A DNA stretch of 62,118 nucleotides, the filler included, from Choristocarpus tenellus KU-1152 (lineage: Eukaryota; Protista; Phaeophyceae): the NCBI GenBank assembly GCA_964200185.2. It is 11 parts of 11 records of this genome, joined end to end, with 100 filler letters (N's around TTAATTAATTAA, not from the genome) between each part and the next. Parts side by side here need not be neighbours in the genome. Positions count along the whole stretch, not along the records: positions 33,593 to 40,146 come from CAXNAD020007881.1; positions 40,247 to 46,007 come from CAXNAD020009821.1; positions 46,108 to 51,258 come from CAXNAD020011697.1; 8 more parts are not named here. One strand, written 5' to 3'. The position numbers were made by a program, and so were the translations under genes. Shown piece after piece: positions 36,501-49,773 of the stretch. Below the pieces are notes generated by a model. The model was not told where the DNA came from. It saw only the letters and a program-made list of their open reading frames with translations, and made no database searches. The stretch's first letter is position 1, and each line of letters starts with the position of its first letter.

Positions 36501-39260
36501 CTTCCTCATCTCCCCTACAGTACCCTGACCCGAAACATTCTTCCCATAACCCCTTAAGACTAGCCCCAGCAATCCATCGCAACAAAGGCCATTCCTCACC
36601 ATCTTGAGGTGAGTCACCACCTCAGCCAGGTCCATTCCCAGCGCTAACTGCTCCTCCAAGTCGGTCTCCACAGTGTCTAATGCCAGGTGACTCATGCTCA
36701 TCCCCCGTCGCATCCCCACCCCACCCCTAGGCCGCAACGACTTTAACGCAAGATCCTCCTTCTGCCCCCCTGATTGGCCCTCTGGGGCCTCCCGTGAGAG
36801 GCGTTGTCGACGGGACGTTGCTGCCACTGTTGCTGACAATGGCATTGAGTGGAGAGGGACCAGAGGTGTAGACAAGCATCTATCTATCACACTAGCACTG
36901 TCCCCTTCCCCCACTTCACCTTCCCCTCCTGACTCCACCGCCACCACTCCCTTCTCAGAACTGGAACTGTCTATCTCATCCTTACCCACACCCGGGGAAA
37001 CAACAGCAACGGAGACCCTGCGGGGTGAGGGTCGCTTTGGTGCCTCCCAGAGAGGAGCCATAGTGTCCTCATACTCCCTACCTGCAACCAATGGAGGCAG
37101 ATGGTCCTGTCCACGCCCCGGGGAACGGACAGAGACTGGGACAACAGCAGGTAGGGAGGGTGGGGTGGTGGTAGCATTTGCAGCTGTCACGGTCGACTGT
37201 GATGGTGTTTGTGATGGTGATAACTTGGGTGGAGAACGTGGAAAATCCCGAAAGAGTACACCTCTTGGCAGCACTTTACTATCTGTCGAAGGTGAAACCG
37301 AAGTAGCCAGCGCACGTGGCGGACGACCTGTGCTCCCCCCTCCCCCTCCCCCTCCCCCTCTTGCACTGCTAGCACCAGGATCATTGCTTGGCCCTTCCTT
37401 TCTTGTTGAAGGCCCCGGTGTTGCCTGAGCCGGTACCCCTTGTGTCTCTTCCAATGTGGACACTGGGTTGGTGCCACCAGCTTGGCCTGTTGCGGGGGGC
37501 TGCTTGCTGTGGTTCCCTTGCAATCTCACCCCACCCTCCAAGTGCTGTTGTTCCTGCCGGGAAGCAGAGGGACCAAGGTTGGTGACCTTCTCACGCATAA
37601 TCAGGGCTTCCAGCATCGGCGGTGAGGAGAAGGGGGACACCTCCCAAGAGGTCTCTACCCCCACCTCCCCCTCCTCTGCCCCACTCCTCACCCTTCCCAC
37701 TTGCCCTTCATTCCCCAAGTTTGTCTTCGCCCTCGGAGGTGTTTTAAGCTTGTCCAATGCCAGTGGTGGAGAAGAAGGGACGTGATCTGAAGGAGACTCT
37801 GACAGTGGAACATCACTTTCCCCCGCCCCATCTTCAGGTCCTACATATTCACCACCATGAATGCCTTTCAAGGTTGCCCCCCTCTCAGGGCTCGTTGGTA
37901 CCGATGCGACAAACTCCTCCAACTCTGCTTCTGCCACAGGTACCAGCTCCTCTGTTGCCATCATTGCACTCACCACTGAACCCTGTGAAAGAGGTTCTCC
38001 ACCAGTCGGGGTATCAGTAGCAGCATCCCTATCATTACCTACACCACCCCCTGCCCCTAATGCTGTTTTTAAAGCTGCTGTTGTTTCTGCCACTACTGCC
38101 ATCCCAGCACTTGCTGCAGCCACAGCCTCCTCAGCGCTTGAGGAAGCAAGGGGGCCGACAGCTGCCCGTGCTGGAGAGGCTTGCGAGGCCATTGTTTGAC
38201 ACTTAGGGCACTGCCACCCACAAAACCTTTCAGCCACGAAAGCATCACGCCGTTCCTGCTCCTCCCGCGTGTGTGCCTGGTGAAAGGGGATCTTCTTCTC
38301 ACCAACGCAGAAGGTGTGGAAACCCTTGTTGCAGTCCTTGCACATGATCAGCTGAGAATACATTGCATGGAATAGCCAATGCAAGAGATGAACAAGTTAC
38401 TGGCATAGGCAAATAGGCGATGAAGCGACTTCTATTTTTTTTTTGGGGGGGGGGAGGGTGGGGGGGGGGAAAGCACTNNNNNNNNNNAAAATCGAGGGTA
38501 TGGAGGGGGGTCTTTGTGTAGGGTGGGGAGGAGGGAGGGGGCTGGGGGGGTGAAAGCACTCATTTTTTTGTTTCTTGTGAAACGGAGGTCAACTGAAATG
38601 GAACACTGTCATAACCTAGACCTATTGCGCATCCCCATGCTTTCATCATAATTCCTTGACATCACCATCAACAAGTACAAGAAATCAATGTACAGAGAGA
38701 GCATAAACAACATCAGGTGAGGAGTAATACCCAATACAAAGTCAGAAGGTGCCATACAATCAGTTAAATCTAATTAGATAACCTTGATCCTTGCCGGATC
38801 ATTCCCAATTGCTCACCTGCGACTGCTGAACTGGGTCTGTATTGTTGCAGCGACCACAAACCACCCCCCCCCCAACAAAAAAAAACTCACTCTCAGGCCC
38901 CGGGGATTCCATTCCCCCAAAACTTCCCTGGGTACCGAACATCCCTAGGGCACTACTGCTACCCCCCCCATCACCACTGCTCCAGCTTTCTCCTTCTCCA
39001 ATGACCCCCATTCCTCCTCCAGAACCTCCACCTTTTGAAGGTGCAGCAGACTTAACACCAACTACCCCTCCCCCACTTGCAATCCCTCCACTTCCGACAC
39101 GACTAACAGTCCTGCTTCCTGCCCCAGGCCCTCCTTCCAAGGCCTCAACACCAGAGCCAAATGCACCAGATGCAGCAGAGGAATTGCTCATAATGATAGG
39201 TGTTCCACCTCGGCTAGAGGCATGAATAGAATCATCGTAGTGATCCAGTGATATGTCTCC
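33593..39260 (-). CDS. Large PHD-finger protein with multiple CCDC53/WASHC3-C-terminal-like repeats (partial; exons 39260-38817, 38351-36600, 36277-33593)
   Basis: Spliced CGRC..|LIMCKDCNKGFHTFC..WQCPKC is a C4HC3 PHD finger. Five full repeats of xHPxYAKYFKMLxxGxPxxAVxQAMxKDGxDxAILDxP. Canonical phase-0 GT-AG sites and long open exons. A probable upstream exon ends at the GTGAGT donor near 39859. Confidence 0.8.
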
Positions 39261-39338
39261 CTTAATGCAAGACAAGCGAGAACATAAACATGCAGCAATA
39301 TGTCTTGAGGGTTTGTCGTTGTTTGCGTGTGTCTGTGC

Positions 39339-39340
<2 letters not shown>

Positions 39341-39379
<39 letters not shown>
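39341..39379. repeat. (GT)n microsatellite
   Basis: Read directly from the sequence. Confidence 0.9.
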
Positions 39380-39380
<1 letters not shown>

Positions 39381-40061
39381 TTAAAAAATAACCCAGTATT
39401 GAGGGGAGTGTAGGGTTGGGGGGATGGGAAAGAGCATCGAGAGGTGGACGCAGTAGAGGATCATAAACGAATTCGAGACCAACAGACAGGAGATGTATGT
39501 GGGAAGGGGGGGGGACCAACATCGGCTTTTCATGCAGATGCAACAAAGAGCCTAAGAACAAGATGATACGGGCCTGCTACCATGTGAACAAAAAAGAACT
39601 AAGGGAGCAAAAAGGGGACACAGACCTGCCTCTCTTCAACGCCTGTCCGGGTGAAGCAAGAAGGGGGGAGACAACAGAAGTCTCACCTCAAAAGAGAGCT
39701 ACCAATCGCACACACCTCACTAACATTATATAGCTTTCTACAACACATCCATTCCCCCCCCCATCCAATCTCTGATTCAATTTTCAAGCCCCCATCCCCC
39801 CCTCCTTATGGCAGCTATTTGACTGTTGCCTTAACTAACCCATGCTGCAGATCACTCACCTCATGCTTCACCAGTCTATCACCCCTCTCCCCCCCTAACC
39901 TCGAGACACACCGACCCAACCCCCTGGTCACATTTCCTCCCCCCTCCCCTCCCCTCCCCTTCCTTTCCACTCCACCCTCCCCACATCTGTTCCCCATACG
40001 CCCCACCTTTCCACCCATGCTGCATGCCTCATCCACCGTCTCATTCCCTGCCATTCCTGTC

Positions 40062-40125
<64 letters not shown>

Positions 40126-40246
40126 ACCCGCCCCCCTCGACAAAAANNNNNNNNNNNNNNNNNNNNNNNNNNNNNNNNNNNNNNNNNNNNTTAATTAATT
40201 AANNNNNNNNNNNNNNNNNNNNNNNNNNNNNNNNNNNNNNNNNNNN

Positions 40247-40273
40247 CCCCCCCCCTCCCAGATACTTTGGGTC
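40247..40273. mobile_element. MITE family A terminus at contig edge
   Basis: polyC-AGATACTTTGGGTC. Confidence 0.8.
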
Positions 40274-40279
40274 TTCCAC

Positions 40280-42240
40280 CCATCGCACTCTCTTCTTCAT
40301 CTTGATCTTGATGTTCTCCATCTCAATACCCTCGGATAAACACGACCAGAATATTGTCGTCAGTACTAAATTCGAATAAATCGGCTTCATTCATGGTTTC
40401 TGAGTGAGAGGGTGTTGTTGCATCTTTTATGATGACTAATGTGTATCATTCATGGACTCTTGGTCCCACCTCTTGTCGGAACTACGGTGGATTTTGGTTT
40501 CACTTTGGTCAGATTCTTTATGGATTGTTCATTATTTTCTGTCTCACATATGATAGTGCCGTTAACAGATCCTTTTCAGTGATTCTTGTTTCTTTGAGGC
40601 TATCATGAGTGACTCTCATTGGTTGGTCGTGTAGCCAAACTATCTGTTCCAGCTTTATGTACTGTCAGACCTAAGATGGATCTGTTCTTTTTCCTTTCTA
40701 TTCGAGTTTGTTTGCGCGTATCTTGATCGTGCATCTACGCGCATTCTTTATTATATTTTACCATCCATTTGGACTCATGTTACTCCACTCTTCGCTTTGA
40801 TTATTCCTGTCCATCCGATAGTTTTCCTCTCAACCCGACTAATACCTCCACGTACTTTCAGAGATGGAACCCATTCATCACACTTCTAACATTTCCACCA
40901 AAAAAACCATTCAAGTGATGAGTTATTACGATGGATTCTATCGCACACTCTATCGAGATTGTTTTGTGAAGTGCTTTGGAAGTAACCACACAAACTTCTA
41001 TAAAAAGTTATTGTACCATAAATGTTGGTCTTTTTTCTCTCGTAACACATCTTCTGTGAAGTTGAGTAGAGGCAAAAAAATAGAGATGTACATTTTCAAA
41101 ATGTCCGAATGTAATACATCTAGCTTCGTTTTTTCGTCTGTGGTCTGTTCTGAACAAACGGTTTGTACTTCCAGAAGTAATATCAACAATCCCAACCATC
41201 CTATCCCTTCACTGTCGTCTCACGATGAACTCAGCCCAAGGTTGAACCTGTGCTCTTCGTTCCACCCATCATACATACCTCCCTGCTCTGGGAGTGGTAA
41301 GAACTTACTCCTCATCTCTTTCTATAGGTGTTATTAACGGCATGGTAAGGAATCATGATTCCTGGAGTCATCAACACCACCATCGAATTCATCTTGCTGG
41401 ACAAAATGAACAGAAGCGTTGGTAACGACCAGGATGCGGAGTTAATAGCAAGATTGAACCAAGAGTTAGAGTTGTGATGAGAAAAAAATCCAGCATAGGT
41501 TGGAAGGGTAATAGCCATGATTCTGAGTGTTGGTTAGAGGTAATCCGTGGTGGACGCCACATCAAACCCTGCCAGGTTGTAGGTTGTTACTAACTACCTT
41601 CTTACTGTATTCCCGCTAACAAAGCGACCTACTGCGATGTGTTGAACATCTCCAAATTGATACGATCAATGTTGTGATCTAAGACTGCCAGATAGCAGGG
41701 TACATTGAGCAACCACGGTACGAGAAGCGAGATTGTCGGGTGCAGCATTCACTGATGTGCCCAACACCAGTCTGAGGGGATAATCAACATCAATAACAAC
41801 GTGATCTTCCTCAACTTGCAAACCTACTGCACAGCATTCTTGTTGTACTCCAGAGTTTTAGTTGGAAAGTGATGCGACAAGGATTTCGTGTGTATCTCAT
41901 TTCCACACTCGTTAAGAATCTTACGAACTATATCTTGCATAACATAACATGCCCAGTATTCTCGAGAGTTTATAGATCACTTGGCATCCTACCTCTGTTG
42001 CGTCTTGGTCCTCTCCGGATATTGTCAGTCCTCTGATTCGAACCTTACTCGTCTCTACTGTGTGGTACCTTGTATCCCTCTTTCCCTTCCCTGTCCTTGC
42101 CCTTTGCCCTTCCCCTACCTCTCTCAGATCGAACCTCCTGTGTACTCTTTCCATAGCAGCATCCCCACTTTGCGAAACATTTATACTCAGCGACCAGCTT
42201 TCAGGTGGGCATTGTAACAAGTTCGGTACTGCTGGCACCT
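40280..42240 (-). mobile_element. Probable degenerate copia relic
   Basis: Weak pre-integrase (CITFGHF) and integrase-like remnants on the minus strand; no intact ORF. Confidence 0.35.
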
Positions 42241-42699
42241 GCAAAATTTCTGGTTATAGAACGCGTAGAGTTCCGAACGAAGCACTTAGACCTGAGCACA
42301 TGCCATGCTCTAATGCAGTAGACAACAGGTATGCATGATGGAGGTTGACGCCTGTAGGGGTTAAGGTGATCTAGGAGAAGAGGGGGGAAGGGTGTTCTGT
42401 GAGGGAGCTACTGTCCACTTTTTGTGCTCATACATGATGTCTGTAGGGTTTGGATGGTGGTGTTATTGAGTATTGGCAGCAGCGATAGCGGTGGAGGAAG
42501 GAGGTGAGTTTAACACAAATCGCTTCATTGTCAATCTTTCTAGATTAATGATCGTATGTTAAGTTTCAAATTCCTTTTTTTGTCCCGAGTTGCATTTGAG
42601 ATTTGTGCCTCTCCCACCCGAAAAGTCGGTAGCTAGAAGTGTTGTGTGTATCACCGTGGGGATGCTGTTGATGGAGTACGCAGGAGCGATGGATTGAGA

Positions 42700-44420
42700 G
42701 GGGTTCTGGGAAGTGGAAGAGGGAACAAGACCAGGTAAGGAAAAGAATATGAACACATTCGAGATTAATGAGGTGCGCATTGGCAGGATTTATGAATCTA
42801 GGGTAACTCAAAACGCGACAGACTGGATGTAGAGAGCACACCAGTCAATAGACTCGAGAGTATAGGGCATGGTATGCACAAGAGGACGTGGAAATGGGCG
42901 TGAAAAGACGTGCATGGGATCAACTTCCAACCAAATACCATGTAGCTCATGTGACAATAGGGAAATCACATTGTTGATGTTGATCATCCCCTCAAGCTAG
43001 TGTTGGTCGCAATACTACTTTGCCCTACACCCTATCGTCACATACTGAAGTTTCTCGTGAGCCCTGCAGCTTCTGGTAATTGGGTCTCAACCACACTTTG
43101 ATCAATCTCCTTTGGTTCTGTCTTGTCCAGACAAATACTCTGCCTGGTGACTTGGCATGGAGTGACATAGTCCTTTGAAATCTGTAATATCTGTAGCCTA
43201 CTTTGCGAAAGCGTTTATTTGGGATATCCACTAAGCCCTACTTCAAGCAGCCTAAACTCTAACCCACCTGTTCATTTTCCACCACAGAGAGTGGATTGCC
43301 CTTCACAACATTGCTCTGTACACCTCCTTCTCACACCCAAGCTTAACCTTGAGACTACTGTTGAAGCCCCACCCTGACCCTGTTGCTTGCTGGTATTTCT
43401 CCTATACATATATGGATATGTGTTGATAAGTTGGAAAGAGTTCTAGCGGAGCATAGATATAAAGGAAGCCAGAACGAGTTAAGGGGGCAGCCACAAAATA
43501 CTGCAAACTGTATCGATGTACACCCCTCAGAAATTTTGTTATACTTTGACCTTTTTTTGTGGATGGATGAAGGGGTAGCATTAAACCTTGGTATTGGTGT
43601 TGGTGGATGGTGGAACTGATTGCTTGGTACACCAAGGTCTCTTCTTATTGTATTCAAGTTTTCATTTTCCCCCTTGCTTGTGTTGCCAGTATAAATATTG
43701 CAGAGCATAGTGAAGCTATTAAATCGTGCATGGGGGTCTTTTTTGGGGGTAATATGGAGCATTCCATTCGATTTATTTTCTTTTGGCATGTGGGTGTGGA
43801 AGACCCTCAAACGAAATTTTGTAGCTAGGTAACCGGTCGTGAAAGTATTGAAGCATCAATGTGAAGACGGAAACTCCTATTTGTGTGGTCAGTTGCATGC
43901 ATGAGGGATGAGTGACTTCCAAAGGTGATATTTGGGGAGGTTGCAGATGGAAAATGGAAGCAAGGTGGACAAGAGAAGAAGCAGTGGTGGATGTACTTCC
44001 AAGACTACTTGGAGGAGTTTGGGACCACAGCTTGTTGAGGAATGGAGTACAAGAGCAACCAACCAACATGGGTGGGATGAATATGTGGTTGGCGGTACAA
44101 TGAGCTTCATGTTAAAGTGTCATTCCATGGAAACTGTAATTGCTGACATTTGTCATACCATATAGCAGCAGCAGGTAAAGCAGCCCAAGCAACCATCGCA
44201 AGGACACTCTGGTGAAAGCTGCTTCACCATTGATGGTTGTCTTTTTGGAGTTGATTATTTTTGCGTCCCTCTTTCCCCTTTTCTTTATTTCCTTTTTGTG
44301 ACATGTGATGGATGGTGTTTCCAGGTTTGACAACTCGATTTTTTTCTTGGGTATTAATGTATTAATTTCACTGATTTCTTTTTCTTCTATAGCACTTCTC
44401 GTGGAGTATAGCAGAGTTTT
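42700..44420 (+). mobile_element. Degenerate copia gag-integrase relic
   Basis: DQLPTKYHVAHVTI (gag LPxxY), ENGSKVDKRRSSGG..TRATNQHG (integrase), SRFDNSIFFLG (KLDxxxIFLG). Confidence 0.5.
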
Positions 44421-44880
44421 TATAACGTGCGCAGGGAGGTCTTTTTTGGTGGGATGGAGTGCACCCTTGGAGTTATTATTTTTCTATACTTGCAATTGTG
44501 GTTGGTAGTATGAGTGAGCAATATACCACTAAATTCAAGAGGAAGTATTTCCGGAGTAATTTGATGATAAGGAATCCAAACAGTATGTGAGACAATGTCA
44601 ACGATACACCTATTACTGAGAACTGGAAGACGAGAATGATTCAATACTTGAAGTCAAGATGGTTGTAATGTTCGACGATTTTTATTATATTTGGTAATGT
44701 CCACATATTTTGTGTTTTGTTTGCTCCCTTCATTGTTGCAGAGAGACATCCTCGTGATGATCTTTGAACCTTCTGATCTTTTTGCAGCTCACTTTTTGAA
44801 TCCGTGTTGACCCCAATTTGATGTGTAAGAATATTGTGGCTGTTTGAGACCCACAGATAGGCTATTGCTTCCGTTACACA

Positions 44881-45140
44881 GAGCCAACGTATCTTATAGG
44901 GTAGAGCCGCGTCTGTTTGGGGGCCAAAATCCAATGTTGCGATTTTGATGCAAATTTGACTCTTGTGTTTGTTAGGAAGTGTCAATATCCTTGTTCCGAA
45001 CACACCTTTTCATAAGATACACATTTCACTTACTTCATAACATTTCGGAGTAGGAAAATGTCATAAACAAAATCTGTGGGAAGCCAAGCCCCAAATGAAC
45101 AAATAGAGCAAAATTCGTACCCTCTAAGATACTTTCACTC
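44881..45140 (+). mobile_element. MITE family B, full length
   Basis: GAGCCAACGTATCTTATAGGGT...ACCCTCTAAGATACTTTCACTC; internal sequence matches other copies. Confidence 0.9.
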
Positions 45141-45885
45141 ACAGCAATCCTACTTTACATCTCTATGTTCATGATGAATGGGTGTGTGGAGTGGTAGGAT
45201 GGCCATCATTATGTCAATCTGCATTCCTCAAAGTGTTCTCGATCACAACCTCAAGCCTCCTGAAGTTTGAAGTTGCTGCAAATTTGAGGTCCAAAATCAC
45301 TTTCATCTGCTTCAATCTTTCACAGATATGATGGAGTGAATTGTACACTCACCCCTATACTCCTGCCGCATCCATCAGTCCAGAAGATTCCAGTCCTCTA
45401 CCTCCAATTTCTGCCCTCTTCAGACCTTGACTGGATTCCTAACATCCTTGCAAAGGCAGTGCAAGCACAATCATGGAAGTCAGCATCATGGTCAGGGTCC
45501 TCCAACATCAAAGCAAATGCCTTGGTGGTATGCACCCTGCATCCTTGCCCCTACATTGGAGTGTGTTGTACAACGGTGGTGATGATTGTCACTGCCTGAG
45601 GTTGTAAACAGGTGAGAATATTCTTAGGGTTCCACCTGTACTTCTTGATGAATACCTGTTAATTACTCTCTGGTCCTGATCAAAGGTGCAAATATTGTCG
45701 ATATAGTTCCTTGTCTGCTATTTGGCTTTGATATGGCGTGGAAGATACTATTAATCCACATTTCCCTGTAGTATAATTGTTGTTGTCGGCAGTTGGGTAA
45801 TGGAGGTGAGGAGGTGGTAACAGAGTGAGGTATCTTCATAAAATGCTTGTTTTATTGAACTTTCTTTTTTAGTATTTCAACGTAA

Positions 45886-46007
45886 GAGTGAAAGTATCTT
45901 AGAGGGTATGAGGTTTGCCCCGTTTGTCCATTTGGGACTTGGCTTCCCATGTTTTTTTTTACGGCAATTTCCTACTCCAAAATATTTAGGAGTAGGTAAA
46001 ATGTATA
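45886..46007 (-). mobile_element. MITE family B, inverted, cut by contig end
   Basis: GAGTGAAAGTATCTTAGAGGGTA...GTCCATTTGGGACTTGGCTTCCCA. Confidence 0.85.
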
Positions 46008-46107
46008 NNNNNNNNNNNNNNNNNNNNNNNNNNNNNNNNNNNNNNNNNNNNTTAATTAATTAANNNNNNNNNNNNNNNNNNNNNNNNNNNNNNNNNNNNN
46101 NNNNNNN

Positions 46108-46247
46108 GTGTCCATTTGGGTCAAAATCAGGGAAAGTACATTTACAGTATCCATCCGACGTATGCAACCAAATCACCCAAAAGTCGCGACATGAAAAAAA
46201 TGACCCCCAAATGGACAGCTGCCACCCCCTCCCAGATACTTTGAGCC
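46108..46247 (+). mobile_element. MITE family A, left end cut by contig edge
   Basis: Family core and right TIR CCCAGATACTTTGAGCC. Confidence 0.85.
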
Positions 46248-46249
46248 AA

Positions 46250-46876
46250 AAAGGCTCTACCGTATGACCCTTGAAGGACTTTGAATGAACAAAAGGGAGG
46301 ACTGTCCTTGTGTTAGTTTTGATGTTCCGTACAGAGGATCTTGGTTTTTTTATTTGGGCAGCAGTGATGACTACAACAGTGCTCTAACAGCCCAAGGGCT
46401 GTGCTCTGGTGTGCAATCAAGTGTATTGAGGCTTCTTTGAAGACGCTTTCTAGTGTTAGACGTTCGGTGATATTGATGCTGAGTGTGTGTTGAATGTGTA
46501 TGGAGATGCTAACTATGCTGGAGAGTTCAATAATCGAAGATGAGTGCCTTGAGGAGTCATTTTTCTTGCTGGAGGAACAATAGGTTGGATATCTCTAAAA
46601 CTCATTTATAGATCTGTCTTAATGGAGGGTAGGTATATGGTCCTTCGAGGTGTAGCACAGGAGCTGCTTGTCTCGCAAAGATTTTGGAATATGTTCAAGT
46701 ATAGTTTCCAAGGCGTTGGATCGACATATCACGAACGAGTACGATGATGGAGCATGCAAGTTGATACGCACGGTAACCAGTTGAGCAAGGGAGGGATATC
46801 GCAGAAAACTATGCTCTTGTGAGTACTGGTACAAGCAGAATTACAACACCAAGTGACAGTTACATGTGCGGTTTCC
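46250..46876 (+). mobile_element. Copia RT end / RNase H relic
   Basis: VYGDANYAGEFNNRR*..GVIFLAGGTIGWISLK matches YSDADWAG..DRRS.SG..F...G.ISW.SK. Confidence 0.75.
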
Positions 46877-47134
46877 GAGTCAAAATATCTTAGAGGGTAG
46901 AGTGGCGTCCACTTGGGGGCCAAAATCCAATGTTCCGATTTTGATGTAATTTTGACTATCGTGTTTGTTAGGAAGTGTGAATATCCTTGTCCCAGACACA
47001 CCTTTTCAAAACGCATACATTTTACCTACTCCAAAACATTTTGGATTAGGAAAATGTCATAAAACACCTGTGGGAAGCCAAGCCCCAAATGGACAAACAG
47101 GGCAAAATTCGTACCCTCTAAGACACTTTCACTC
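46877..47134 (+). mobile_element. MITE family B, full length
   Basis: GAG...CTC termini; exact 4-bp TSD TTCC (46873-46876 / 47135-47138). Confidence 0.92.
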
Positions 47135-48013
47135 TTCCTAAAGTCTGTAGTTGGTAGGACGTTTAAACTTAACGTGTTATGAAGGTGTGGTGGTCATTCA
47201 GATATGTAAAATATACGACGTATATATCCTTGTTCACGTTCTGCTTGGAACTTCTTCACTACCTGTAACATACCTAGTCCCTTGACTCCAGATCAGATGG
47301 CAGTTCACACTGCACCATCTCTCCTGCCCTACGAACTACCTGCTGCATTACAATTAATTTTTGCACTGCCCTGTGCGTGCTTGGTGTTTCTCCAACGTTG
47401 GGTTCAGTCGTCCAACCCTTCATCAACCCACCTCGTCCCTCAAATCTGATTTTGTATTCCTTTCGCCCTTCACCTACAATGAATCTTCGCCACTACCATC
47501 CCGATCTTTCTGTTCCCCATGTCCTTTTTTGCTATTTATATCGAGATAGTAGTGTATTAATACAGGTTTACCTTCCCTGTATACTTGCCACATGGTTTTG
47601 GAAAAAGAGTGTGATCTGACCCAGGATAGATATGAGTGGCTGAGAGTATATCTCATTGTATATGCCAGGAAATCCATGAAGCCAGAATGTCTCGACTCTC
47701 TCAATATGAATGGTTGAGAATGTATCTAATTTTATGTGCCAAGAAATGCATGAAGCCAGTACGTCTCAAGTCTCTCCCCATTGTCTATGCACAGCAATGA
47801 GCCCCACCTTTCGAGCACCGTTCAGGATGGACTAAATATAATTCGGACTACCTCACCTTGTGCCTGTACTGGGACGGTTGAACCATGCCCATCTACATTG
47901 GTGTTGTCCAATGGGTGACTGGTGATGGTCACCGTTGTTACATTAGGGTTCACCATACTACAATAACAATAAGCTATTTGATAGAAGAACTCTGCATACT
48001 CTGCATACTCCCA

Positions 48014-48213
48014 AAAGCAACCCACTTCCACATGCCACCATCACTTCGGCAATTCCTCTCAATCATACGACCATAATTAACTGGTGCTAGGACGCCTGAA
48101 GATAATTCCAACTAAAGCAACGCACTTCCACATGCCACCATCACTTCGGCAATTCCTCTCAATCGTACGACCATAATTAACTGGTGTAGGGACGCCTGAA
48201 GATAATTCCAACT
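48014..48213. repeat. 100-bp tandem duplication
   Basis: 48014-48113 is nearly identical to 48114-48213. Confidence 0.9.
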
Positions 48214-49043
48214 ATCCTCAATCGTTTTGCTTCTAGCGTTAGGTTTTTCAGCACAGACATAGTCAAGCGTTTTGTGGCAGAACAACAGGTGTATCAATTG
48301 AGCTAAAGATCTGAATGCTCGAGCCATCTTCATTCTGTTTTTCTCACGGTTGTGTGATATGAACAATTTGCCAGGTCCACCATATGAAGCTCCGCTCTCA
48401 CCATTAAAAATTCCTCCTACTCTGCATCGGATTTCGAAAACAGGAAAGTACCAATCACACTTCATCTTACAAAAATGTCCTTGTGAAGGCTGAGTGTGAT
48501 AGCGTCGGGTCTCACATGTGAAAAACCGAAAATCCTGTTCGCAGGGCCAGCTTTATACATAAGAGATGAGTGACCCCCAAAAGGTGCTGATGATTGGAGA
48601 ACTTGCGGATGGAATACTGAAGCAAGGACCTGTAAGATCAAGATGAGCTTAAGAAGTTGGGGTCATAGTTGAGGGATGGGATAATAGAAGGGCAACAGAT
48701 CAACATAGGAAGTATGAGTGTGTGATTGACGGCACAAAGAGCTTCGTGGACATATGGCAGTCCATCAAAGCTGTGATAGCTGATGTTCATTTCCCTTACA
48801 TGGTGCTTAGTGCGTTAAAACAATCGCAACTGGGTTTCTCTTGATTGTCATTCATAGCCATATAATCCATTAATCACAGTGTTTTTTCTTTCCTTATTTT
48901 CTCACTGGAATTTTCCTTCTACAGTACTTGTATATGTCAAACAGTTTGCATTGCGCATTACCCTCTTTGTCTATCGATCATGGATGTGGGACCCCTGCCA
49001 GTCTACTGATGATGTTATTTTATCTAGTTTATATATAACAAAA

Positions 49044-49183
49044 TACTCAAAGTATCTGGGATGGGGTGGCGGCTGTCCATTTGGGGCCAATTTTTTTATC
49101 TTGCGATTTTTTTTTGTTTTTGTTGCATACGTCGGATGGATAATNNNNNNNNNNCCCCCTCCCCCCCCCAGATACTTTGGGTC
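49044..49183 (-). mobile_element. MITE family A, inverted, spanning a 10-N gap
   Basis: Both TIRs present; AAAA on both flanks. Confidence 0.85.
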
Positions 49184-49773
49184 AAAATCTAAATGACAAT
49201 GCTAGTAAAAGGTACATTCAACACCTACTGACAACATTAACATGTTAAAAAAATTAACATTTAATAATGATAACATAGAATATTAACAAAATAATATACG
49301 TGTACACCAACGGCTGCCCCCCCTCAGTCCAACCATGACGTTCACATTCCCATGACATAGGAAGATGGTCCCACATAGCTCTGGTGAGGAGGAGGAACAG
49401 GACTTGTGAGGTCTGCACAGCCTCATTATGCAAACCTTGACGGTATTGTACCATATACTGCTCAAAATGCCTTGGGCACTTTAATATGAGCACTAACCTT
49501 ATCTAAACGCCTCAACTCATAGGGCATCATTCTGTGGAGGGTTCCCCATATCTTAGTGCAAAATAAAGCACAAAGAGGGTGACTGCTTCGAGGACGCATT
49601 TGGTCCTGCTGGCTGTCTATGACAGAGTAGTAGTCGATCATTTGCGTATCAAAAGGGAACGGAATAGCCTCTGAGAGAGGTGCTTCAAGTTCACGGGTGA
49701 TGTTGAAGAATCCTCATCCAATAATGTGCGTGAGCTGATTTTTATATTTTACCCAGAATAAATATCAGAAGAG

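Noticed and set aside
40063-40125. Poly-proline FH1-like stretch in ORF 39651-40202
   Set aside because: Pure poly-C at a contig end, on the opposite strand to the gene; the homopolymer length is unreliable.
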